Shown here: positions 31,001-38,567 of the stretch, one piece after another | Layout of the letters: each line of letters starts with the position of its first letter | How positions within the stretch are numbered: the first letter of the stretch is position 1 | IMG/VR virus record: IMGVR_UViG_3300029305_003192 | Direction: 5' to 3' (one strand) | Origin: a virus | Lineage: Duplodnaviria; Caudoviricetes | Length of the DNA: 64,000 bases | Program-made: the position numbers and the translations under genes | Notes under the pieces: model-generated | Told to the model about the DNA's origin: nothing | The model's input: the letters and a program-made list of their open reading frames with translations, nothing else | The model's database searches: none

Positions 31001-32378
31001 TATCGTTCGCGACCTCGCTCTTGAACCTGCAGTAACTTCTACAAACGGATATCTCGACGTTACTGAAATGAAAGATGTTGATAGTCTTAAATCAACTAAT
31101 CTATTTACTGCAGTAGAACTTCTTACTCCTCCTGGAGTACTTCATGACGACCCACAGCGTTCAGCGATGATGAGAGGGCAGACTTCTAAGATGGTCATGG
31201 TTGATAAAGCTCAACCAGTACTCATGGGTAATAAGGTTGAATCCATTCTCCCATATCACTTAAATAACGACTATTGTTTCACTGCTAAACAGTCCGGTAC
31301 AGTTATCGATATGAAGGATGGTGTATATGTAGTTCAATATAAGGATGGCACATACGACTCATATGATACAAGAGAAACTGTTAAGAAGAATGCATCTGAC
31401 GGTTCATATACAAAGATTCAGTTCGAATCTAAAGCCGAAGTTGGCTATAAGTTTAAGAAGGGCGAAGTTCTTGCGGTAGAACCTCGTGCATTCACCTTCA
31501 ATAAATACGACAGAGGTGCATCATGTAATATTGGTGTACTTTGTAAGGTTGCAATCGTGTCATTATACGATACATTTGAGGATAGTGAACCTATCACGGC
31601 ATCCCTCTCAAGAAAGATGGGATTCGATGACATTAAGAAGAAAGTAGTTAGCTTTGACGCTAATACTTACGTTGATAAGATATGTAAGATTGGTGACCAT
31701 GTAAGTATCGGAGATCCTCTCGTGGTGTTCGATAGTAGCCGTGGTGACCCAGAAATCCAGCAGTATCTTGATAATCTCCGTAAGGGTATGGCTGACAGTG
31801 GTATCATGGAAGAAATCATTGAAGCTAATAATACAACTGTTAAAGCTCCAATGACAGGTACAATATCTGATATCAAGATAATTACAACGGTTCCTGTTGA
31901 GCAGCTCTCACCATCCCTTCAAAAGATTGTAAATGCGTATCACAGACGTATTGAATCAACAAGCAAGTTCCTTGATAAATATAAGAACCCTGGCGATAAT
32001 CGCTACTACAAATGCGGACAGCTTCTGTCCGAAACAACCGATGTTGTTGAGGCTAAATTCGGTAAGGTTAAGGGCGAGTCAGTGGGTGAAGGTGTGATGA
32101 TCGAGTTCTATATTAAGCATCATGATATCATCAAAAAAGGTGACAAGATGTCAAATTATATAGCAGCGAAGGGTGTAAACTCACATGTCATTCCTGAAGG
32201 TCTTGAACCATGGAGCGAATACCGACCCGAAGAAGAGGTCAGTGCATTCATTACACCTATCTCAATTTCTGCACGTAAAGTACCATCTATATATCCGGCC
32301 ATGTTTGGTAATAAGGTTCTTATCGAAGCTAAGAGACAGATGGTTGAAAAGTATAAGAAAGCCCGCGGTTTAAAATAA
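28023..32378 (+). CDS. Phage multisubunit RNA polymerase beta-like subunit (large split fragment, probably virion RNAP)
   Basis: TSPADANVGIVRDL, HDDPQRSAMMRGQ, TFEDS, GDKMSNYIAAKGV, PISISARKVPS correspond to conserved RpoB regions; lacks the RpoB C-terminus; late promoter at 27988-28000. Confidence 0.9.
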   Translation: MVFMHPIPSLYKLPMTPATEAVMYGNIKQNVCLKGQDHLRLPRDSANEIIMVTPSADVTYRIIDGEFPTFYRDGYKAYITETKINKKIGAKQIKIIGYSDFRKEYLERVTDRAIKFYSDTQMEDIVSKGQSFIFDTGRFHELYFTNRYSNRGDNYLCEDYMKFLLERIDAGAGHFKKILYVPIDEWIKATGKIGITKDLLNNPISILFKCMIKYPQFIEELMSREVTILFVNAEHGEVLKFEFPRDAKEPDKLKTLNRSEIKQLYAKTKIQIERMNLPSGSISNEEDPDDEATTPVPTTTNCAVADELKKELTSGASVLKADNSVESSDIDAALDDENHEESATDAEIEEVIDEAVETIPELTDENVPDDEKKTIIENEVKKNVYIAKFVPEKSKKQLEYIDVGQTKQARALSQSIDQMKSKIIDEEVIDTDIIDTKNENLRHVKYANADKSYVDKKYIPDINAAVAKLADADIKVFIESIDEEDTSDQLNQKKTLTYHLVDENGKKHTVMFDIPIIRDGCHMYLGGANKMMLHQRIFKPIVKVRPDTVELITMYNKVFVTRHGSASSPEVSNIKKYLTKHAEKYKVKFGNAQANNQKYKTSIEFDDFARSLTRFTVRADGLNGKKCDVTVFFDLKLAEEQYNALPASAKTKGVNPFTTENIPCVYYKPVGEDTPYMVPIGEEGPVALANKLLGTDIGSSGNITKGGKFMFARAKILNEYIPVALFCCYCEGMTTVLRKCEIEHEYVATTRDLNNLTKHYTRPSAIKLADGILVYEAIKMENVLLMNGLKGLGLEAYTIAELDSKDTYIDLISQFYASANQAHNLDNFRMFLIDNKTKEILEDFDQPTDLIEIMFYICKLLANNQYLPENNMNNMRIRSNEIVSQIAYQYIVAAYSDWAKPTGANRPKKISVARDCVMRALMSSSLLDEDSVVNPIYQIEKARATTISASTSAKNITLTGINKVDGYGMDKRAYDDSMVGIFGLTSPADANVGIVRDLALEPAVTSTNGYLDVTEMKDVDSLKSTNLFTAVELLTPPGVLHDDPQRSAMMRGQTSKMVMVDKAQPVLMGNKVESILPYHLNNDYCFTAKQSGTVIDMKDGVYVVQYKDGTYDSYDTRETVKKNASDGSYTKIQFESKAEVGYKFKKGEVLAVEPRAFTFNKYDRGASCNIGVLCKVAIVSLYDTFEDSEPITASLSRKMGFDDIKKKVVSFDANTYVDKICKIGDHVSIGDPLVVFDSSRGDPEIQQYLDNLRKGMADSGIMEEIIEANNTTVKAPMTGTISDIKIITTVPVEQLSPSLQKIVNAYHRRIESTSKFLDKYKNPGDNRYYKCGQLLSETTDVVEAKFGKVKGESVGEGVMIEFYIKHHDIIKKGDKMSNYIAAKGVNSHVIPEGLEPWSEYRPEEEVSAFITPISISARKVPSIYPAMFGNKVLIEAKRQMVEKYKKARGLK

Positions 32379-32401
32379 TAATATGTATTAAACTTGTATG
32401 T

Positions 32402-32591
32402 AAACGGATAAACTCCATACCTTGAATCATTCGGTATCTGTAAGCTTTGCTTTGATTTCTGTACGTTTGCATGCTTTAAGCGTATTCGGTGATTACACAG
32501 GGCGGTTCGAGCCCTGCTGCGTGCTTGGTATTCGGGATGCACATTATCCGTGTTCCTTCGTTTGCAGGGGTCATTACCCAAGACCCCTGCA
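32402..32591 (+). ncRNA. Putative ~190-nt structured ncRNA with T-loop-like hairpin
   Basis: Late promoter AACT-N6-TAA at 32391-32403; ACGGATAA/TTATCCGT closing stem; CAGGGC-GGTTCGA-GCCCTG; 10-bp 3' hairpin. Confidence 0.55.
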
Positions 32592-32721
32592 TTCCACCTT
32601 AATCACAATATCTTGAAGTATAATATCGTTCAATTTCGCAGATACGATATCTCGGAACAGTAATTTCCAATCTCATCATTGACTCAGATATAGCATTCAA
32701 GATGTGATATAAATCATCCTT

Positions 32722-32801
32722 ATACCCAGGTATCCATATGGATACCTGGGTATTCGTTGCCGTTATAAGAAAAAAAATACCGGAGCATTGCTCCGGTATT
32801 T
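32722..32801. terminator. Tandem terminators for convergent units
   Basis: ATACCCAGGTATCC/GGATACCTGGGTAT and A-run + AATACCGGAGC/GCTCCGGTATT. Confidence 0.7.
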
Positions 32802-32804
32802 ACA

Positions 32805-33266
32805 TTACTTCTTTCTCTGTCTCAGCTTCTGTCGTATGGCTGCCAAAGTTTCATCACTTTTACCAACACGTGTCTTTGGATGACCGTCTACAGCACGGAA
32901 CTTGATAGAGAATGAGCGAGGAGTTATACCTCTTTCTTCACCGCATCCATATATAAGTATATTAACCTTAAGCTTAGGATTAAGTGTATCTACAGCCAGA
33001 TATATTATATGTGCCAGTCTCACCAACTGGTAGAATATATGGAATTCCTCATTCATACGAATTTTAATATGTATCGAGTTCTTATCGAATGTCATCTTCT
33101 TAATAGCATCTATTATATTACTTATATCCAGATTATCAGGGTCGAAATTACCTCTAATCGAATATACATTACTGCCGATTATTATCATGAAATTAGAACC
33201 TCTGTAACTGATGCTAATCGGCTTATCATCATTAAGGTTCTTTGCTTTATAATGTATCTTGTACAT
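32805..33266 (-). CDS. Hypothetical early protein
   Basis: AAAGGACGTGGTAA-ATG leader shared with 27618..27926; early core at 33292-33301. Confidence 0.7.
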   Translation of the reverse strand: MYKIHYKAKNLNDDKPISISYRGSNFMIIIGSNVYSIRGNFDPDNLDISNIIDAIKKMTFDKNSIHIKIRMNEEFHIFYQLVRLAHIIYLAVDTLNPKLKVNILIYGCGEERGITPRSFSIKFRAVDGHPKTRVGKSDETLAAIRQKLRQRKK

Positions 33267-33347
33267 TTTACCACGTCCTTTCTGCAGTATGATAATATAT
33301 ATTTAACCCCCGTATGAGATTGCTCTCATACGGGGGTGGGTTGTTAG

Positions 33348-33611
33348 TTAAGATCCTCTATTTTTAACCTTATGGTCTCTCACATAAATTGCAAGAAATG
33401 ATGCGAGGTCATTAAACGGACATCCTGGATGGTCAATACCACGCTTGACTCCTGAATGAATATCACCATAGTTTGGTATTGGATAAATATCAATGGTATG
33501 AATTCTTTTCGAAACTTTGGCTCGGTATATGTCCAGGGCTACTCGCTTTGCAGGTTTCTTAGAAACCTTATCAAACAGGGTCTCTGTCAACATCATTTGC
33601 GTAATCAACAC
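33348..33611 (-). CDS. Hypothetical protein (start uncertain)
   Basis: Fills the gap before the hairpin at 33306-33338; no clear SD. Confidence 0.45.
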   Translation of the reverse strand: MLITQMMLTETLFDKVSKKPAKRVALDIYRAKVSKRIHTIDIYPIPNYGDIHSGVKRGIDHPGCPFNDLASFLAIYVRDHKVKNRGS

Positions 33612-35223
33612 TTTCGTCTCTCTGCTGGAGGAGGTGTGTAAATACCTTCACGAATTCAACGAAGTAAGGTACCGGATTAGGCTTGCCGACGCCACATACA
33701 GTGTTCATGATAGCAATAGCCGCGGTATCGTCTGTGTAGTTTCTACCATCGATAGTGATAACCGGAATATCAGTACATTCAACCTTGGATACCTTCAGTT
33801 CAGGAATACCCAATGCTCTGCATACGACAGATGTGTTATGAAGTACATCATCAATGCTGCACTTGTCAGCAACACCGAAGAAGAATGTATAATCTTCAGT
33901 AGCGAACTTCTTACCATCTTCTTCACGGATGGTGATAGGACGGTCAACTGCAAAGATAACTGGAATGAGTGTGCACTCATCAGCCTTGCAGTACTTCATC
34001 TTAGCATTGACAAATGCGATATCGGCAACGTATGGAATTGAATCCATTACCGAGCCATTTACGATTGGGAATGATGCTGGAGAACCGTGCTGTGTCTTAA
34101 GCTTGATATATGGTCCATCAAGCCAGTCAGCATTTACGCAGAGACAAGAGTGGTTGAAGATTCCATTACCAATCTTAAGCTGGTTTATGGAACCACCGCA
34201 GTTACATTTCTCATGTGGGATATAGAATCTGTCCAGCACATAAAGAAGTGTCTTCTTATACATAGCCGGAGTGAACTTTCTCCACATCTTGGTCATTGCC
34301 TCAATTGTTGCGGAATAGTTTGTGAACTGATTACCGTCAACGAGTGCTCTGAGAAGTTCAACGTTTACCTCGCCGTTTTCTCTGAGAAGAACGGATGTGG
34401 AAGCATTGCCGTTTGTTTCGAACTTCTGCATGGATGTGTCTTCTGTAGGTTCTACTACATTTAAGCTTTCACCTACAGTCTCGCCGATAGCAGCACCTGT
34501 TGTTTCGTCCGGACACTTACCCGGACAGTGTGGACATTTCTGATTTGCCATAGTGGGATCCTCCTTATGATTTTTTGATTTATCGTGTCGGTAGTTCTGA
34601 ATTCTACCGCAAAGATACAATAACTTGTCTGAAGTATCGAGATATTTGTCCTTCATCTCCTGACTAAAATAGTCAGCACTCGTTCTACTTCTTAATGTAC
34701 CGGCAATGGAGTATACCAGGTTTTCGAGTAACTGAAGGTTCTTCATATCATAATGCCAATCCCAGTACTTTTCTTTAGCTGCCATACTGATACCATTGTC
34801 GTCTGAACACGAAGTGTTATAACCGAGAATCCCAGCTAATCTCTGGGTGCCCTCATTGAATAAATCGGATTCGATATCATAATATAATACATTATACAGA
34901 GCGCCTTCCCAAGGATCCTTCTTACACTCGCGTTTATAGACACGTTCGCTAATAGCAATCTTCTTCTCGAGATCACGCAACGCCTCGAGTAAGAACTTCG
35001 GAATCTTATTGGTATAGTCCATGATAATGATATCACAAACGGCGCGGTTAGTATTTCCTGTAAACGGAAATTCCATCAGACTATGATAACAACCTTCATC
35101 TGTCATATCGAACGCGACGCAGAGCTTCTGCATGAGTTCGAAGAATTTGTATGAACCCCATTCATATTTGTGAAGGAGTTCTTCAAGTATCTTGGCACAA
35201 TCGCCAGTATGAATTTCGCTCAT
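33571..35223 (-). CDS. Hypothetical late protein, 550 aa, with in-frame internal start at 34551
   Basis: AAGGAGG SD at both 35223 and 34551; late promoter AACT-N6-TAA at 35248-35260 (-). Confidence 0.7.
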   Translation of the reverse strand: MSEIHTGDCAKILEELLHKYEWGSYKFFELMQKLCVAFDMTDEGCYHSLMEFPFTGNTNRAVCDIIIMDYTNKIPKFLLEALRDLEKKIAISERVYKRECKKDPWEGALYNVLYYDIESDLFNEGTQRLAGILGYNTSCSDDNGISMAAKEKYWDWHYDMKNLQLLENLVYSIAGTLRSRTSADYFSQEMKDKYLDTSDKLLYLCGRIQNYRHDKSKNHKEDPTMANQKCPHCPGKCPDETTGAAIGETVGESLNVVEPTEDTSMQKFETNGNASTSVLLRENGEVNVELLRALVDGNQFTNYSATIEAMTKMWRKFTPAMYKKTLLYVLDRFYIPHEKCNCGGSINQLKIGNGIFNHSCLCVNADWLDGPYIKLKTQHGSPASFPIVNGSVMDSIPYVADIAFVNAKMKYCKADECTLIPVIFAVDRPITIREEDGKKFATEDYTFFFGVADKCSIDDVLHNTSVVCRALGIPELKVSKVECTDIPVITIDGRNYTDDTAAIAIMNTVCGVGKPNPVPYFVEFVKVFTHLLQQRDESVDYANDVDRDPV

Positions 35224-35295
35224 AGAGCATCCTCCTTTTATTATAGGTTACAGTAGAGTTGTCATGATAATTTAATTTAACAAGAACGAGAATAT

Positions 35296-36880
35296 AATTA
35301 CCGATTAGTAAAGAGATAGAATCTCTCGGTATGTTTCGTCTATGAAGATACCGGACGTGGCATACCTCGTCGAATAATCCCATGGCGACTACAATCGTGG
35401 ACTAACCAACCACAAGGGTTGTAGTGAGGCCGGGTACAAAATCATACACTTCAGTATGAGAGTAGTTTCCGGGAGAAGGCCTATACGGGTGGGGCTTGCC
35501 CCAACTTTCCAAATGTATCAGAGAGTCAGTGAGATTTCGAGAGCTCTCTGGAGTTTATAATAGTTATATAGAAACCTTTAATTACTGTGATACATATAAC
35601 ACAGCATGCTTAATAAGATAAACATCTATTGGTTATCATTAACCAATATTGGGAGAACTTGATTATATACTTCTCTATGGAGTGCGTCACGAAAGCCTAG
35701 TTGGCAATAGTCTTCATGAAGTATATAAACGAGCAATTCCACCACTCACCATGTGTGAAAGAACGGCTAGTACCACTTGGGGCGGATGCATATCCCTAGG
35801 AAGATATGTGTACGTATTCGCAGAAAGAGCCCTATGAAGGTGAGGTACCTGTAGCAGACCGCTATTAACCTAACTTTGAAGCAGGATTAATAGTTGGAAC
35901 TCTGTGATGGCTGCCGCGGAGAAGTCGGGCGATGGCAAGTTCGTCATGCTCCGTATATGATTCTTCGGAGTCATATGTTGGAAGAATAGTAGGGTGATAA
36001 GTCTCTGGAGCACATGAGTAAATATGAAGAAGTAACAGTGGATAGATTATACGTTTGGTATCAGGCTTCAATGATGAACCACGTATCAGTATTACGACAT
36101 TAAAAGTTCGATGTTCACGAATGTCGGGTACGCTCAATGTTCGCTATCAACAGTCTCAAATATTAAAGCTAACTTCTATATGATGCAGATTATTTACATA
36201 GTGGATTAAGGACCCATTATGTAAGTAATTTTCACTTTGTCTTAAAATCGCCGGCCTGCGTCCGGCTTTAAAGATTGGCAGTGCACGAAGTGCTCTAGTG
36301 CGACAGCACTACTATTGTCCGGCTCTGTCTGAGAATTACATCTCTACCGTTCCGGCATAGCCGTTGAGCGGGAGAGTGGAATTCGAGTCACAGCAACGTA
36401 AAAGCAATAAGGGTAAAAGCAAAATGCCGGACCCTTGCGGAGCGTCGCTGGCGGACATCAGGGGAGCCAGCAGCGGAGATAGCACACCGCAGGTGAAGCT
36501 CGCCGCAGGCAATGTGCATATCCATGAGACGAAGCCTATTATAAATTGATAACAATTGTTGACAGAGTCATATATACATTTGCAGCTCTTTCGACCGTTC
36601 CAATAAAGGTCGGAAGAGTGCAAATCAATACAAATATATGGCTTCGGCTGTCGCAATATTGTTACTATATTTTGGAAGGTTGGGGGAGAAGGTCCCTAGG
36701 AGGAGGGGTATCCCCTCCTTAACCTGCACCGTCCTCGTATAGTACCAACTCTTTTCTTCCAACAGCATTTCTTATACCAGCCCTTTTGTACCAACTGAAA
36801 GAGTTGGTACTATTTAGCGTCCGACCTCCTTTAAAGGACCCCTCGTTTACATGGAAAGGAAGAAGAGGGAGGACGCGTTC
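35296..36880 (+). ncRNA. Putative large structured ncRNA or ncRNA cluster, class unknown
   Basis: No credible CDS over ~1.7 kb; more than 15 helices; G-U pairs and a C(UUCG)G loop on +; AACG-N6-TAA promoter at 35285-35297; 3' boundary uncertain. Confidence 0.65.
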
Positions 36881-37005
36881 CAATGTATTATTAAGAAAAA
36901 TAATGGCCGCCGCGTCAGCGGCATATTGTTCTTTGAATAGTAGATATTTAATATGGACTTCAAAGAGTATATATCATCACATATGAAAGGAAGGTGTGTA
37001 TACCA

Positions 37006-37497
37006 ATGAATACACGTAAATTAAGGACTTTGTATTATGGTTATTGGAACGACCAATTACTATGTATATCTACAGAGTTGAAATCTGTGAAGAGTTATCT
37101 GAAGAATACGAGACATTGTGATGGAGAAGCAGTAGATATAGATGAACGGCATAAGAGGTTCGAAGACCTTACAGTAGAGGAAGAGAACCTACTGCTCGCT
37201 AAGTATAACAAAAAATATATCACTGCTAAAGACGGTAGGATAATCCTCAGAGATTTCAATCTCTTCATGGATAATATACTTAATGCCGCAGATACATTAG
37301 AGTTCCTAGATAAGCTATTCAAGTTTAATGGGCTTGTAGATGCTGCTAAGATATGTAGGTACATTCTCGATACACCATATCTCAGAGGTAGACTATTCCA
37401 GAGATTCTTCAATAACCACGACCTTGTGAAGCTTGATGTTATATCATACTTACACATGAAGAAAGAGTGTCCGTCATATATGATGGACGATGAATAA
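37006..37497 (+). CDS. Hypothetical early protein
   Basis: Early core TATATATCAT at 36968-36977; SD; terminator at 37499-37535. Confidence 0.75.
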   Translation: MNTRKLRTLYYGYWNDQLLCISTELKSVKSYLKNTRHCDGEAVDIDERHKRFEDLTVEEENLLLAKYNKKYITAKDGRIILRDFNLFMDNILNAADTLEFLDKLFKFNGLVDAAKICRYILDTPYLRGRLFQRFFNNHDLVKLDVISYLHMKKECPSYMMDDE

Positions 37498-37545
37498 GAT
37501 ATATCCAATGACTATGATGTCATTGGATATTTTTTGTACCAGAGC

Positions 37546-37608
37546 AAAAAATCAATCACCACCAAGGTATCTAGAACCGCCAGGTACGTACCTGGCGGTG
37601 ATTGATTT
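37546..37608 (-). repeat. Conserved 3' cassette hairpin/terminator element, copy 2
   Basis: AAATCAATCACC...AGAACCGCCAGGTACGTACCTGGCGGTGATTGATTT. Confidence 0.8.
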
Positions 37609-37617
37609 ATCTGTGCA

Positions 37618-37905
37618 TTATATAATACGCAGATCGAACCCCTCGTCTCTGAGGGTTTTGATAGCTGGATAGAAATCTCTATCCAGCCTGATACACTTAG
37701 AATCGTGTATCATATTTACTATGTACAGAGAAGTGACGCCCAGGAATTCTAATGATTCCTTAATTGCACTGACAACGTCCGATGGCAGCAAAACCACAGA
37801 TGTCGAGTAGATATCGATCGAATGGATCGACGAGTTCGTGAAACCTTTGAAAACCTCCACTCTCGTGGTACTCTTTTCGATAGTATTAATAGATTTCATT
37901 GTCAT
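37618..37905 (-). CDS. Hypothetical early protein (cassette B)
   Basis: AAAGGA SD; flanked by the conserved promoter/leader and the 3' element. Confidence 0.7.
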   Translation of the reverse strand: MTMKSINTIEKSTTRVEVFKGFTNSSIHSIDIYSTSVVLLPSDVVSAIKESLEFLGVTSLYIVNMIHDSKCIRLDRDFYPAIKTLRDEGFDLRII

Positions 37906-37912
37906 AAGTACT

Positions 37913-37975
37913 TCCTTTCTGCCTTATAAAGGCTATGATAGTTTTATTAGTTCGGAGACTATCAACTCCTTTATT
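37913..37975 (-). promoter_or_regulatory. Conserved structured 5' leader, copy 1
   Basis: Aligns with 44242-44303 with compensatory stem changes. Confidence 0.65.
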
Positions 37976-37980
37976 CTTAC

Positions 37981-38018
37981 TAATATGATATATATGTCAT
38001 ATACACGGAAATCACGGT
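37981..38018 (-). promoter_or_regulatory. Bipartite early promoter ACCGT-N19-TATATATCATATTA
   Basis: Exact consensus match. Confidence 0.75.
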
Positions 38019-38098
38019 GCATAGAAATACCCTAATGCCACAATTATTGAAAACATTCAAGTAATGATAAAATTCGTCAGAGAGGAGGGAATATATTC

Positions 38099-38524
38099 AT
38101 GCCTGCAATGGATTATAGTACAATCCGTATCAGTATACTGAACTCGCTGAAATTTCACGAAGAATATGATAGAGCCATGAGAAGTACATTCATATTCATC
38201 TGCGAATTATATCTGCTGTGGCAGCTACTCATATATGGTATAGCAAGGTCATCAAGTCTTCCAACAAGCATAGTTGGATTTGTACTTCTTACATGTACAT
38301 ATGTGACTTTGCGTATCTATAGAAAGAATGCTGTAGAGCTTGAGAAGCATGGTGAAATCATACTTAGCTATCATACTAATGAATTTGATAATGATAACTT
38401 AAAGAAATTCGGCAAAGTTGCTGAGAAGTATGACATTGGGCGAAAGAGTATATTTGCCATGAATGTAATTAGCTCGCTCTACGTGCTGATATTTTCAATT
38501 GCCACACTGATAGTGCATTTATAA
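38099..38524 (+). CDS. 3-TM membrane protein (late)
   Basis: Three hydrophobic helices; late promoter at 38052-38064. Confidence 0.7.
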   Translation: MPAMDYSTIRISILNSLKFHEEYDRAMRSTFIFICELYLLWQLLIYGIARSSSLPTSIVGFVLLTCTYVTLRIYRKNAVELEKHGEIILSYHTNEFDNDNLKKFGKVAEKYDIGRKSIFAMNVISSLYVLIFSIATLIVHL

Positions 38525-38567
38525 TGAGGAGTTAAACCGGAGTAACCTATTATGGTTACTCCGGTTA

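Noticed and set aside
32465-32530. tRNA gene around GGTTCGAGCCC
   Set aside because: No D-arm/anticodon cloverleaf, 7-bp acceptor stem or CCA; kept only as a T-loop-like ncRNA
35915-35935. RNase P RNA (GGAGAAGTCGGGC resembles GAGGAAAGUCC)
   Set aside because: Imperfect match, and I found no complementary 3' P4 strand (ACAGAA...GGCUUA); only cmscan could settle it
35682-36505. Group II intron (GTGCG at ~35682 and ~36298; GAGCC...GCTC at ~36464-36501 resembling domain V)
   Set aside because: The domain V candidate does not pair canonically, and there is no domain VI/AY end, no RT and no interrupted gene
35649-36986. Short ORFs in the non-coding region (35649+, 35865-, 36336-, 36364+, 36786+)
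   Set aside because: Non-ATG starts without the strong SD seen on real genes here, atypical composition and mutual overlap
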